Positions 39,801 to 54,439 are shown, numbered from the stretch's first letter. The stretch: 64,000 nt of DNA from Balanoglossus misakiensis (GCA_040954595.2 CM082591.2:1649745-1713744); one strand, 5' to 3'. Notes: generated from the letters alone by a model not told the origin. Translations and numbers: made by a program.

Positions 39801-42800
39801 ATATCTATATCACTGTGTACACAGAGAAAGATTGAAAATACAGTTGAATCTGTGTTAGTGGCCACCTCTATATAGTGGAAACTGTACAGTCCCTGTGCAA
39901 TTTACATGTGTATTAATCGACTTGTCAATAAAGGCCACTTTTGCAAAGTCCCTTTACTGGCTGCTATAGACAGGTCTGGCTGTAGAAGGTTTTAATACGT
40001 ACACAACTTTTGAACATGGTGAATCAGAAAAATGGCCACAAAAGAATTGATTTTGGCCTTAAGTATAAAAGTTGAAGAGGAGGGCATATATTGCACCAAC
40101 AAAGATCTCCTTACTCGTGCTTGAAATCTCTGGACCACCCAAGTCTGGCACCAGCCGTCGCCCGTAACCGACCACCTCGCCTGAATGCATTGTTATCATC
40201 ATCGTCTTCAGGTTCAGAATCAGGATTCCAACTGCCAGAGCTGCTTCTCCTCAATCTAAAAGAAACCCAACACAAAATCAATGTAAATATCTCATTTAAA
40301 ATTATACAGTACAAATATGTTTGTTCAGAGCCTTGATATTCAACATCAGCCTATGTAAAGAGCTTCTGTTGTATTGTTAAAACACACCTGCCGAAGAACC
40401 TCTTGATTCCACTTTTCTTTTTCTTCTGTTCTTTGGGAGAGCCCGGATAATGAGCCTTGTCTAGGGTTGTCATGGCACCGTATCTCTGAAGACCAGCTTG
40501 GTTCCTCTCATCCTCCATTCCGGCAATTTCTGTTTCGGCTTGAAGAGAAAAAGTTTCCGGAAAGGTAAAATATTAGTTGATTACGTTTTCTATCGTTGCA
40601 TCAACTGGCCAAGAACCAAATGTTGGCCCAGAAAAACACATTTTTATGCATTTTTGACCACCCCACTTTTGTCACAATGTGCCTTCAACATGCAAAATTT
40701 TTCATCTTAAAACTTGTCACCTTGAAATCGAAAAATTCTAATTATTATGTAAATGTGTACAAATTGATCAAATAATCCAGGGGGATTGAGCAGGGTACAT
40801 TAACAGAATGAACACAGTAATTTTAATGATGATGTCATCTGGTTACATTTATTTATAGTTATACCTCCCCTACCACACAAATGCATCCAGAAGTGATTCT
40901 GTGAAAATTATGATTCGTCCAAATTTCCGATTTACCGATCTTCAAGAGGTCTCCAGTTCACTCAAGATGGCTTCCAGTCGAGTTTATTTAGTTGGAAATT
41001 TTAGATTTTACACGGCAAAGATCTTTCGGAGTGAGGTTTTTATAATGTTTACAGCACATTACAGGGAGCATTTATTATGAGTGGAAGGTTTAATGAATTA
41101 CGTAGGCTGGTACATTCACATGTTGAGGTTTTTGTGAATTCTGAATAAGCATGATACAACATGCAGGCATATATTACAGTTGGGTCAATTAGCATGACAT
41201 TTTGGGTCAACATTTGTGTACATGATAAACTCTAGGTAGACATAGGGACATTACTGGATTCATGTGTACATATTGGGAGGACCTGTGTGCCTATATGGGT
41301 GGACACTGACTGGGTAGATACGGGTACATATTGCATGGACACAGATACCGGTACACTTTGGGTTGATGTGGGATATTACTTGGTATATAAAGGTCAGGTG
41401 TCAAAGGTTAAGATAGGTCAGGTCATCAAAAGTTACATCGTCAGGTACTATATTAAATGAAAGCCAAGTCACATATTGTAAAATATTACGAACCTAAGGT
41501 AGATGAGCATATCAGATTAATGACAGCCAAATTTAAAGCAATTGTTTGTTAGTAGTAGAAGGCTAGTTACTAGTTTGGGTTAGTTAAGACTGGTTACAGC
41601 CGGTTATGATACTTACCTAGATTGGGAGCACTGGTAGACCTCTTTCCACCACCTTTAAATTTGAATAAACCCTTCCCAAATGATGCACCTGTTTTACCTC
41701 GGTTACTGAAGTTTTCATCTGGTTGCTGCGGTTTCGGGTCCTGTTGCCGTGGTTCCGGCATCCGTGGCAACCAGTCGAATCCGTTGTGGTGGACGTTTTC
41801 TTCCCGTGGCTGTTGTTCTGTGGATTCTTCTGTTTCTTCCGGCGCGGTGTCTTTGGGTTTCTTGGCTGAGTTTGGCAATGTGCTGTAGTCTGGGTAGGGC
41901 TGCTCTTTCTGCACAAGGGCAGAAAAAAATTCACTTGGAATTTCAATACAGTTGCACAAGCTCACACACATTTAACTAGCATTTTTATGTATACGTAAAC
42001 ATTTTGTTTATCAGATAAAATCTTGTGGTATATCATTTCTATGACGACATTTTATCTTGACCTGTAATATGAAAACTGGACAGACAATGCACTCTTTGTC
42101 GTACTTCTAGCACTTGCTTGATAGAGCAAAGAAAAACATGTCTAACTTACTGGTGCATCTGGAATATCTCGGAGTTCTTCCAAACTTGATGATTTCTGAG
42201 TAGGTGACTGGATTGTCACTGACTTCTTGGCATTGGGAAGTGCTGCTGTGGTGATGACGGTGGTTGTCGTGGTGACGGTCTGTGGTGTTGGTTCGCCCAT
42301 GTGAATGACGGTGTTGTTGAGTGTGGAGTCATTGGTGATTGGGCTGGCGATGTCCTGCATATTTATGTGTCTTTGGACGGCGCTTCCTTGTGTGGTGACT
42401 GGTGTTGAAGTTGCTGATGGACCTGGTATCAGTGGTTTTATGGAGCTGTCACTGTCCTGTGATGGGGAAAGGTAATACAGGAACAAGTTTGTGAGTCTTT
42501 TTTGATCGCTTGGATGCTGAGCGAGTACGACAAGGGGCTGACGTGTTTTGAGGGAACCTCACAATGGACACAAATCTCACCATCAACAAGTACATTTTAT
42601 CATCAAACACCAACAGAATCTCACCATCAACGAATATCATTTCTCAATCAAGTATGCACTCAGACAAAATGATTTCAAGAAATTGCACGAAATTGATGTG
42701 TTGAAGAACACCTCACCTCGTTCTCTTTAGGTGAATCTTTGGCGATTTCTTCCGCATCAACATTTGAGGGTTGTGAGCTGCCTGTTGATGCTGTATCGCT

Positions 42801-45800
42801 CTGATCACCTTCCGCTAAGTCGTTTTCTGCCGAGGATTACGGGCGGGAATGCAGTGAGATTGGGGAAGAAGAAAAACAGAACCAGAGAAGTGAAGAAAAG
42901 GCAAAATTAGAAATTGTAGAAATCTCATATGTTTAGTCTTCACCTGGGTACAATGGATTTGTAAGCAATGTAAAATGTGTTGCATAGTCAGCTTGTGGTT
43001 ATGATTGTACACAAGACTGTGGAATTAATTTGGGATTTATCATGGTTTTATTCCAAAATCTGGTCCTGAATTTAATGCACATTTATTCTCTACCGCCCAC
43101 TGAATGTAGACTTTGAAATTTCAGTCTCTCGAAAAATACAAATGTCTAAAATAATATGTTATAACAACCTCTAGAGTCAGACTGATAGGTCTGAGATTGT
43201 ACACATGCAGTGTCAGTACACTACTGGGGGTATTTCTATAATAATGGGGGGAGATATTGTAACTTCAACACCACTAAGCTACAAAATGTGCATTCAGGTC
43301 CATGCACTAGGGAAAACAGGAGCAGAAAAAGTTAGTAGACGTATTCCAATGCCATGGCATCTCTCTGGGTTCAAAGCATGTACTATTAAACGGTCTGTGA
43401 TGAGTGGAGGGATAAACAAAAAAGGTCAGTTTGGCCGTTTGCGTCCAGTTCTGTTTTCCACACAAGAATAACACATAGGAGACATGTTTCTGACAATCGG
43501 ACAAAGATGGCGCAACTGAAAAAGCCAACCTGACTTCTTTTTGTTTATCGATGTGAACACACAGAAATAAACTGTGCAGTGGAGTTTACATCAAACAAAC
43601 AGACACAGTTGCTAAGGGAAGGCAGCATAGCAACATATAAAATATTGTACACACAGTTAAACCTGCCATGTTCAAGTAAATAGTGTCGGTGATAACATTT
43701 TTACTAGGTGGCGGGGAAGATATATTATTTAAGTCAAAGACTTGGAGAGATGGCATGATCGAGACACTTCGATTAATCACAGCAGGTTTATCTGTGTTAC
43801 CAAGCAGACAAAAATTTGATCTGACCACCCTTGCCTGTAGTCCATTAGCTGAGACTTTGGACATTGTTTTCTGTATTTCTGTGCTGTGTATCAATTAGAA
43901 TTTGTGTTCTAATCCCCATATTCACGATGGACAAAATTAGCATTATTGTTAATTCAACTGAATTGAGTTTTTAGACAATAACATGAATCTTTCAGTCTAT
44001 ATCTGGAATTGCTTGGCTAATGGCAGCTAGGGGTGGCCACATCAAGACTTTGTCAGAACAAGACTGCAAGATTGCAATAGATATCCATGCCTTGGCTTTT
44101 ACGCGTTGATGACAGGTATGTGCCATAACTGTATCGCCTACGAGAATGAACTTGGCCTTTTTAGGGAGGAGAAAAAGACGACAGAAGAAACTGATCAAAC
44201 AAGAAAGATAAAAACATTACAGCATAATGTCATCTTATTTTCTAATGAGCTTATGTTGGCATTTTAAAAGTAACTTTAGAAAACAAAAAGTTTACAAATT
44301 TGACAGAAAATGTTAGATGGGATAGGGATGAAATGATGAACTTTAAAGGTTTTAGTTCTTTATTTATAAATAATTGATTTGACATGCAAATCATATTTAT
44401 CAAACTGTGTGTTAGACTGGACTTTGAACGAATGAGAAAAGAAAAAGTTTTGATGCAAATGTCATCAGAAAAGAACAGAAAATGGAAGGGTCATGCCATC
44501 TAGGGAATATTTCAGTGCAGATTTCACACACGTCTGCTAAAAAACTAAAAGTGAAGATGAATGGAAATTGACAAGAAGCCCAAGTTCACTCTGAAGACAC
44601 AAGAAGATGAAACAGATTTTCACAATGTTACGTTTGTCAACATTTATGGTATTTTCTACATATCATTCTATATGCTTGTGAGTATCACCCAAATATGGTC
44701 ATGTCTCTGATGTCATTATGTCTCATGAATATGCAATAGCAACAGAACCCCTGTAGAAGAGACCAGTCGTTGGTAGTTTACAAATTATACACACACCCAA
44801 CTACACAGAAATCAAATTCAAAAACACTACAGCAAGGAGAGACTAGCTTAATACTCTTTTTCACAAGGCATTGAGCATTCTAGGAAACTGGGGGTGAAAG
44901 GGTTAAGAGAGATACAATTCACCTCATACAGTTATTATTAAATGAGAATATGTGTGACCCTTGAGTTAAAGAGAAGAGTTATGTGGTCGTGAAGTGAAGA
45001 TTGACAAGAATACATGATGTGTGTATAACCATGTCAGGTGTGTGGTAGCATTCATTTGAAATGCAGATTTTAGCGATTCTGTGAACAGTCTAGCAGTGGG
45101 AGGGGAGGGGTCAGACAGGATGGGATACATTCACAACATGTAACATCAGTACGTAACTGAAAAAATGCAGCACAATTCTGTGTACAGATATATACTACTC
45201 TATGCTAAGAGTCTACAGAAATATTCCAATCTTTCAAAATCCCCGTAACCTTTGACCTTACCTTTCTTTCCCTGTGCGAGAATCACCATTTCATGGACTC
45301 TCTTGTATCGACTCAGAGCTTTCCGAAGTTCTTCGATTTTCAAATCCTATTGGACAAGAAGCCCAATAATTATTACTTTGTTGAACTCAGATACGTTAGC
45401 ACATCGCAACACTATCTGATCAATCATATTTACCTTTTCATTGTTTGCAGCCATCAATGATTCAACAGCTTCTTTAAGTCTTGATGATTCAGAATCTAGA
45501 AACGGTGACCAAACCAAAAGAATTCCATCAAAGTTACTATGAAATAGATATTCCACAGTAATTGTCAAATGTTGAAAGACAGACAGATATGCAACATGAA
45601 ATGCTACCTCAAAACATGCCTAAAACTATTGCTATAAAACACACACTTTCCGAAAAGGATGATGCAGTTCGGTGGTCACGAGATTTCTTACAGATCTGAC
45701 TCTGAAGCAGATATTTGCATATATTTGCATTTTATCCAAATTAAACTATTGGACAGATAATTATGCAAGTATGCTATGCAAATTTTTGCAAGAGGAGCCT

Positions 45801-48800
45801 GACCTGTTAGACCAGATTATGGTAGTAACTGTTTTGCAAGCAAGAAAAACACACACACACAAAGATATGCATATTAATGGCTAAACTACTGAAAAACAAG
45901 TCTGATGTGACTGTATGTAGCAAACTCAAGTGTGTTTTATTAGGTGAATTAAATGTTCATTGTGCATGAACTGTCATACGCTTGTGAGTAAGTGAATGGT
46001 CTAATTGGGACCATTATTTTGTCATTCTAGAAGTCTACAGTTTTCGCATGCTGATGACTCAAGTTAGACCAATCAGCTCGGTTCTTACATTTCTGTCTTA
46101 ATTTTACTTGCAAGAAAGCTAGTTCTTCTGTGGCAAAAAAAAAACATAAAAGAGTGGCACACACACAGGTCAAAGGTCAGACAGAAAAAAAGCAGCAGAA
46201 ATAAAGCAAATGCAACAGGTGATAATTAATTCATTAATCAACAAACTTAAAAGCTGCTGTTTATCAATAAGCATGTGAGCTTTCATTTAAAATCTCAAAA
46301 CGATCTTTCAAAATCTGCAGTGAAGAATGTTAACAAAATGCTCTAAAGCAAATAGATGGAAGATGCATTACAGTCTAGTAAATTTTAAAACAAAATAAAT
46401 GCTTCTCTGATTTTTAATGATTTGTTCATTTTGAGAACAAGAACAGTAATGACAAGAATTCTTACCCCTTTCAAGACTGGCCGATGCCTCCTTCACTTTT
46501 TTCAACAACGCAATCTCTCTGTGTAATTTTTCTACATCTTCCTCTCGCTCTTTCAACTGTACTTTGGTATCTGCAAGTTCGTTCTGAAAATATGTACAAC
46601 ATGAATAAAATAATATTCAGATAGTTCTCATCATTGAATTAAGGCACTAGTCCTTCAAACTTTTCAGTTCTTTGCAGAGAATATTACTGCATACAACATA
46701 CCATATATTGTTTCAGCTTTTCATCTGGTTCTTTTTCATTGGCTGCTAAATTTATTTTCAACTTTGAGACTTCGCCCATGAGTTCCAACTTTTCCGTCTC
46801 CAATGCTGCCTTTAATGTAATTTCCTGATAAAAAAACAAAACAGAGTTACCTACATGTATTCATGAGGAATTTTCATTCTGTTTGTTGTGTTGTGCTTTC
46901 TTGTGTTGTCTTGTCAAATTGAAATGACAGCTCTCAATAAACCATGGTCATCCCAAAATCACACAATACATACCTGTTCTAACATTTCTTCAGTCTTTGC
47001 TAGGTTCTCCTGTGTCTTGTCCAGTTCCTGTTGAAGTTCCCTGATGTTGTCTGCCTGTGCTTCCACTTGGTCGGTCAGTACACTCACTTGTAACAGCAAC
47101 GATTCTTTGTCGCCTTCCAAAGTCTGGATTTTTTCCTCGTAATTGCCATGGTTACACTCACACGAATGACCATTTGTCTAAAACAAAAATTATAAGGTGA
47201 TTATTTCCAAAATTACTTTGTGTGTGTGTGTGTGTGTCAGTTAATTTCATTTAGAAAGCTTACCACATGTATCTGCAAGTGTAGTATATGTGTTTGTTAT
47301 CCATGAACACTGCACATACACTATTTTCTATAAATAGAAAACAGATAAACCAAGAAAGCACCATCAAGTTATAGATCTAGAAGGGCTTCCACTTTTTTCA
47401 GCCCTGACATTTTGACCTCCATCTTGTTAAACTCCAAGACTACCAACAGTGTATTAAATATCTGAACAAGACACGACGGGCTGCTAACAAGTTTAGTAAC
47501 AGAGTCAAGTAAACATGGGTGCATGGCACACTGAGAGAGAGTGATGTCACAGTTACTATGGTGATCGAACTGGTGTTCTCCCTTGAGCTGAGCTAGTTAC
47601 TGTGGTACACACGGCATATACATAATCCCGAGGTGCCTTTAATAGCACTTGGTTACCAAGGGAATATGTAGGCTAACACCACCAAAAGCTGGTGGCTGAT
47701 TCTGACCGTGTGCTATGACTCACTCTCTATATTCACCAAAGTGTACAATCCTCTTATCTTTCACATACAGAGATTTGAAATAGTCCAGCGCTATCACTCA
47801 GTTGCCGCTTAGAATTCCTCACATGCCATCATGGGTAATTGTCCGTGAATTTTACTGATCACGTTTAAACATCATCTACAACTTAATACATGGATCTGTT
47901 TCGCTCTGGTATCTCGATAACTGGATCACTTTTACAGGTCTGGACCATCAGAGTTGGATGGAAGTGACCTTGAGAGAATCATTCTCTCGAACAAGAGTCA
48001 TAGGTTTACGATGAAGGAGAAAATGGAAATGATCACGATTTAGTGATGGACAGAATCAAATGCACTTGTATCATCAACATATAAGCAACTGAACAAATTA
48101 CACCGGGCTATCGACTTCAGAAATTCATTGGGAAAAAGAATAAAACTGATGCTAAAAAGGAAATTTCGATTTGATGAAGATGTTTCGATGATGTCACAGA
48201 AATACAAAGAGCTGTGAGCCACTGCTAGAGGGTTGACCATCTGGAATGTGCCGGAAGGTTAATCGCTTCTGCAGCGGGTCTCTCCTATCTCATTTTACGG
48301 AAAAAACAGTGGCACAGTGCCACTATAAACAGACACAGAGAGCATAGATTAAGTTTATATTTTGGCAAGGCAATTCCGCACGGAGAATAGAATCCGAGGA
48401 ATGATTGATCACACGGAATGGAATGAAGTGTTGGTGGATTTTTTTTTTCAGAAATGAAGAATGTGTGGGCTCTTGTTAGAGGAGGGGAGGGGGCACGAGT
48501 TGGGATAGAGGGGGGTAAGGGTGAAAGACTGAAAGGGTGAGTACTGAATTTCCTTTTCAATATGTTGCCGTCTGTGTATAAACTGTGAGTCATCACAATC
48601 CATCGAGAAGTTTTCTGTTTATTCTCCAGGCAGGAGAAGATCAGAAAATGTACTACCGGTAGAGAAGAAAGCCCTGAAAAGACAAAACTGACCTGGACTG
48701 CTTTGTCCACTCTCTGGTGCCGATGCTCCATTCCAAGAAGCTGTTCGAATCGCCACAGGGCGACGTTGAACGATAGAAAAGCCGGCACAGATAACCAGTA

Positions 48801-51800
48801 CTCCAATGACATGGCTTCGAGATAATCCTGCTCGGGACGGCGATCGTGTTACTTGATACGGGCACAGCTGATTTGACGACTTCACCCCCTGAACTGTGCA
48901 ACAGGGTCTCTGTGTTTAACTGCCTGTTCGGCAATCGGGCAGCCACAGTGGCTGTGTGACCCACTGAACTTCACAAAATTCCGGCCGTGATGCTGTGTGC
49001 TCGGTCACCGTGCCAGCAACCCTCAGCACACTTCTGGTCAATCGCCTGGTCTGGCGTGGTAGTTCAGCCACACGTCCAACACTTTGTCTATAATTAATGA
49101 CCCTTGTTCAGCTCTATACACTTATGCACTCAAATAATGAGATAAAGTAAAAGTTCCATTTTTTCCTAAGACTACAATGAACTATTCCTGAACCCGTCTG
49201 TCCTATAAACTGCTTCCCATTGATTAGATCCCTTGTTTCCATGGCGAACTTGGCAATACCATCCATGAAGATCGAAGTCTTTTCATACAGTTCACGGCGA
49301 GGCAGAAAATTTCATCTCAACAGACTTTTCTCTGTTTAACACAAGTTCAAATATTCAAACAGCTGGTATGATTTATTTTCAGAAGTAATCCAAACACAAA
49401 CAGACATTCATTGTGAAATTATTCCTGCATTGACGCTCTCGATCTGAGGAAGAAATGTCTAGTACGTTGTTTTGATTTCTGATTCTTAAAATACCAAACT
49501 TGGTCTTCTGTATTGCCGGAACTATTCCAGCCTGCTGTGAAAATAAAACACTGGAGTTTCAGTGGCCAGGAGATGTGAACTTGGTCATGTTGGATTTTCT
49601 AGTCAATGATGATGATACCATTCTGCCTGGGAAACAATGGTACACTGCCTGGTTGTGTGACTGTTGTCAAATCGTGATCCGTTGCAGTAACGTCGGCGTT
49701 GGAAACACGAGTACCTCGCTGTAGGCCTTCGCACACATTTTCAGTCGTTGCAATTCAAACGCCAATGAATCTTCTGGCACCCAGAGGAAGCTGGATCCAC
49801 AGTGCTCCATCTCAGCAGACAATTAAACATGCGCGTTCCCAACCTGTCTGTAAATTGGTAACCAGCAACATCTTGTTGCTCTAGAAGACACCACGCAACT
49901 CCAAGCAGAGCAGTCCAACGAAGCTGCTCACCACTAAGACCTCTTCTCTAAAACCAATCCACTGTTTAATTTCCACAGTAATGTCTCCAGAGGTCAGCTA
50001 AGAGTTGCAGAAGTTATCTCCAGGTCCACTCACCAGCAGCAATTCCAAATCCCAGTCGGACGACCTCGGCTACATGTACAGTACTTCGGAATGTCTCCCC
50101 TTGAAGCAGATACTGGAATAATGCCGACTGGAAAACACAGCAAACAGCAAACATCTGGCATGGAAACGTCACCCAATCAAAAACATAATTATATCACTGG
50201 GTGATTTGCACTCCAAGTAAACGTATACGGTCACCAAGAGAGTTCTCATTTTCTGCCAACCTCCAAAGAACTTTCCTGACATCACAAATACGGACGTGAA
50301 CATTCCGGAATAAGCATACCACAGGAATGTTCCCAATTGACCACAACAGATGACTCAATATTTGCCTTGCAGTAACAGAGAGCTTTGTAGACTTCTTTCC
50401 TGTTTGAAGAGCAACAGCTCAAAACCTCAGGAGAGAAACAAACTTCAAAATCCCAAGACACTCACTACCACATGGAGCAACAAGCAGGGTATCCCATTAA
50501 AAATATTTTACAGCTTCATAAACATCATAGATCGTTGACTCAATATACCAGAAGCTGTTATTTTGGTTTGCTGTAGTGAAAAATAAAATACTGATGATAA
50601 AATTCTTTCTTTGAGTCTTGGGAACTGCCTTGATATGTAGATTTGTAAGACTGTTTGCATGAAAGTCAACTTGTCTTTGTTATCAATGCTTGAAAGTGAT
50701 CCGATTTGACAAAGCTGTACACATATCCGTGTTTGGATTTGCCAAGAAATGTTTTAAATCAACAAACCATGAATGGTTGACATCAGCTTTAGCTCCTACG
50801 TTGGGTGAGGTTTAGCTGGAATTCCCTCAGAGAATATTAATAGGTTCGGTTTTCGCCAGAAGCTTAGTAACCTTTGCTCTGACCTCTCACCCCCTTTTCC
50901 TAAAGTTCACAGGTCTAACTACAGTACTGAAAACAAGTGGGCTGGGCCACTGTCTGCTGGGAAAAGGGGGTAAAGCACCCAGTCCCCTGGTGTGTAATGT
51001 TTGTATGCCTGTATACAGGATATTATACATATATATGCATGCAGATTTACTGTAGAGCAACATTGATACATACATGTACACAATTTTACCACTGTGCTTA
51101 CGATAGATGATTATGCAAACAAACTTTACTGATCCAAGCAATGACACAATGATTTGACGTAGACTAGACGTGTACTGTTGACTGGTGGACAGTGTCTATC
51201 ACATGCAACTTATGAATTCTGGGATGCATTAGAAATGACGACTGAATTTATTACTCGATTCAGATCCTTACCAACGGCGACTCCATATCTGGATATCTCC
51301 ACTGTTATTTTTTTTTGTTCGAGAGCAAGTAGAAACACAAAAGAAACTCGAGATCATCAGCTCAAATATACAACAATGTATGTATGTATGTATGTATACA
51401 TTAACACTTCAAGTTCCTTTGCAGATGTAGAGGGCGCCAGTACCAGTAAAACTTCTGAGTGCTTTTGTATCTGAACTATAGTCTCTGGGTGTTAACTACA
51501 CATCTTGTTCGACTGCTTGACTTTACCAAAAAGTCAGATAACATATTCGTATGAGGAATAAAACTGGAAAAGGATTATGTCTGTTTGGTGTAGCTTGGTG
51601 AAATGTTGGCAATTTCTCGGTCTCTCAATGGTGAGATGGCCAAACATGGAAGTGTAGTGTTCTATTGAATATCAATGACATAGCCTCCCTTACCTGTAAC
51701 ACATCTCCACTCTTCAACCACTTCATGATGAAATTACTGGTGGATTCCGGCACCTGGTTTCGTGTGGATGCACTCTCTAAGATCTCCTCTACTTGCTCGA

Positions 51801-52111
51801 TGGCCTCTCGTAGATCTTCAAGAAGTTTCAGAACACGTACAACATTGTCGTCTGGACTGACAGACTTCTCTGAATCCAAAACTCCATTCTGATATTCCAT
51901 TTTGGTTCCTAAAAACAGAGATGAAAGAAAATGTCAACACACACACACACACACACACATCCAAACTGTATTCAACAACTTTTCGACCAACCATCTCTGG
52001 AATGATCCACTTTGTTTGAGGGGTGATCAGGTACTCACCAGCGATGATGTCATCCATTTGCTCCAGGGCTGCTGCCAGCATGTCGCTGGCTTCATTTCCT
52101 GATGTAGTCAT
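36807..52111 (-). CDS. PPFIBP1: Liprin-beta (PPFIBP1/2 family): coiled coil plus three SAM domains
   Basis: N-terminus ASDMLAAALEQMDDIIAG; coiled coil LEGDKESLLLQVSVLTDQVEAQ; KRSTSAPNL; FRRGGRLRATAGARL; SAM motifs FAKWDSETVAAWM, WVTRWLDDIGLPQY, WTNHRVMEWLRSVDLSEYAPNLRGSGVHG, KTLLRRHL; C-terminus QIGAFSE...ATSNV*. Approximate exons: 52039-52111, 51694-51908, 46974-47177, 46701-46824, 46466-46582, 45434-45496, 45262-45346, 42718-42826, 42151-42456, 41618-41908, 40388-40538, 40116-40255, 39662-39812, 39302-39502, 38973-39094, 38056-38181, 37724-37911, 37257-37511, 37059-37118, 36807-36857. Confidence 0.95.
38325..38362. mobile_element. Partial TTAA MITE-like copy
   Basis: TTAACCCTTCACCATGGTTCAGTCCAAACCCACTGTTT matches the left half of the 36703 copy. 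Confidence 0.6.
44848..44906. mobile_element. Internally deleted or degenerate TTAA MITE-like copy
   Basis: Ends in ACTGGGGGTGAAAGGGTTAA, with a degenerate TTAA..CTTTTTCAC left end. Confidence 0.55.
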
Positions 52112-54439
52112 TTTGTTTTTCCGGTGTGAAGACGATAACCAGTCCGACTAGGAGTGCATCAATCCCAATTCCAGTCACCAAACCATGGACGTTTTAAGTC
52201 TGTTCCACAGATGTATGAAAACGGCAAACTTGAAAGTTCCTAAGTGTCACTTTAAAGACTCATCAAAACCTACAGGAAAAGAATGAAAAACCATCTTAAT
52301 GTACGGCGACTCATTGCACGTATATGCTGTATACTGTTTCTAGCAGAACTAAATTTATATTGTCATTCTAGTGTGTCTGCGACTTGTACAGTCTCAGACT
52401 CATTTCATGAACTCTACTGGGTTTCCTACATGTAGGTGATGGGGAGGCTAGTCTCTGTCCCCAACAGATGAGCCTACATAGTATCAAAAGCTCATCATAT
52501 TCCACTAGGAACTACACTGTAAATAACCCTACATCAATATGTAAATTTTGTGTCATCCCTGTGGTACTAGCAGCAGTATAGAAAACTTGGAGGTCAAGAC
52601 ACTGATAGGGAGGTTAATTGTGGCATCTCACAACAATTCATAATGAACTCTGTTCACTCCAAATATTTCTCTGTGGTTGATTTGCCCCAATTAGTATCAT
52701 GGTGCCCATGCCTGCAGGGACTGTGACATTCCTGGATGTTTCACATACTCTGCACATGTAAAGTGACTGAAATAGAATCACGCAGGATTCACTCACTGTT
52801 TCTGAAAAAAGGTGATTCACGAGCTGCCCTGGCACAAATGCATATAAACATCAAAGACAAGTACAGTATAATACTAGAAATTGAAAGCAACTCATTTCTG
52901 ACTGATCTGTTCAGCCTGCCCACAATCTCCTGGAGACAGAAACTGTACACTGTGCAAAAACAGAGAGATTGTGTAAATGTCCTGAAGGGGGATAAAGTAT
53001 CTAGGTACATAGGAACAAGCGTAACATAATACTCCAGCCATGATTAACATTTCATTAAAATCTTATTAAACCTGTAAGAGAAAACAACTTGCACTATCAA
53101 AGCTGTAGCACTATCTAAGGATTATAGAGTCTGATTACACATAGAATTCTGTGTGTGAACATGTTATAATATTACATTTATAATGGATCATTAACAATCT
53201 GCTATTTCACAAGTTTTTAGTTCTATGCCCCCAAACATCAGAAGAAATAGTACATTGTAATGGACATGTTTTACTTTTAGTATTTTCATTGCAACAATCA
53301 CATACAGCTACATACATGTACATGTGTGATGTATAACTTCCAGAAACGTCTGGGCTTCAGACAAATCCTCTAAGACCCCAGACATGATTTACACACATTT
53401 TAGTATCTGAGCCTGGGGGGATCATTGCCATGGTTACAAATATATCCCCCAGCTGGAGATTATCTGAATGTATAAGGGTATCAGACAGATAACAGTTGTG
53501 ATGGATTCCAGTCACAGAGAAGTATGTCAGAAGCTCTTCATATCAGCTAGAGTCAGCCATGTTCTGGTATTGTGTTATCAGTGGAAACTTTCCTGTAGCT
53601 TAGACCAACTTTCATTCTTCAAGGACATCCAAGAAGTGGTTTTTATTCTCGGGAGTTTCTAGGACTATTTAATATGTGAACACTGAAAAAACAACAACTT
53701 ATAAGCGTAGATCACCTCTTGGTCAGCTAATTTGACACTTAACTGTACATAACATTAACAAAAGTACAGGCTATGAAAACCATAGCAAGCATTTTCAAAC
53801 ACTGACCCAACCCATTGTTAGTTCAGTAGCAGTTGTCATTAAAGGAGTTTTAATGGATACTGTACAATACTTTGGTCTACATAGCAAATGGATTTTGACA
53901 CAGCCAATGGCTCCAATACTTCAGAGGTGTTAAAAGGCCAGGTCAACTCAAGTGTGACCTTATCAGGTCAATCACACATGCATTCTGGGACAGGCAACAC
54001 AAACACTCATACATAACCCACAGGAAATCAGACAATGACAGAAAACCATGGTCTGTTCTTTCAGTTTGTTGATATTCTCAGAAAAGTGCACATCAGATTC
54101 AGTGTTCATGTTAATGAATCAATGATCAAGTGTACATATCAGTTGTATGAGCATGCATTTAACGTAGAATTATAGATTTACAGTTTGAAGATGATTTATG
54201 AGTCTAAAGTGACTCATCTGCCCTGGGAAAACACTTAGTTGCAGACTATCCATTGCACCACAGTTTGCAGACACACACACTACCATACATCTACCAGGTC
54301 TCCAAGCCTATGTTAATACCAAGCACTTGTCGTAAATCCTATCCCATATCATTCATTCAGTACAGGGTTCAGGGGCCAACCAGCTGGGTAAAACTAAAAG
54401 CAGTAGAGTCAAGTCATCTATACAATGTACACGATAGAT

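Noticed and set aside
39925-39990. Possible Tc1/pogo-type MITE end (CTATAGACAGGTCTGGCTGTA)
   Set aside because: Single degenerate end; no matching partner terminus or target duplication found.
42539-42560. Possible 15-nt microexon (VPSKH) in liprin-beta
   Set aside because: Weak GAG acceptor and GTCAGC donor; not supportable without transcripts.
45970-45990. CATACGCTTGTG resembling part of vertebrate U13 snoRNA
   Set aside because: Only about 12 nt match, with no guide sequence or box architecture; consistent with chance.
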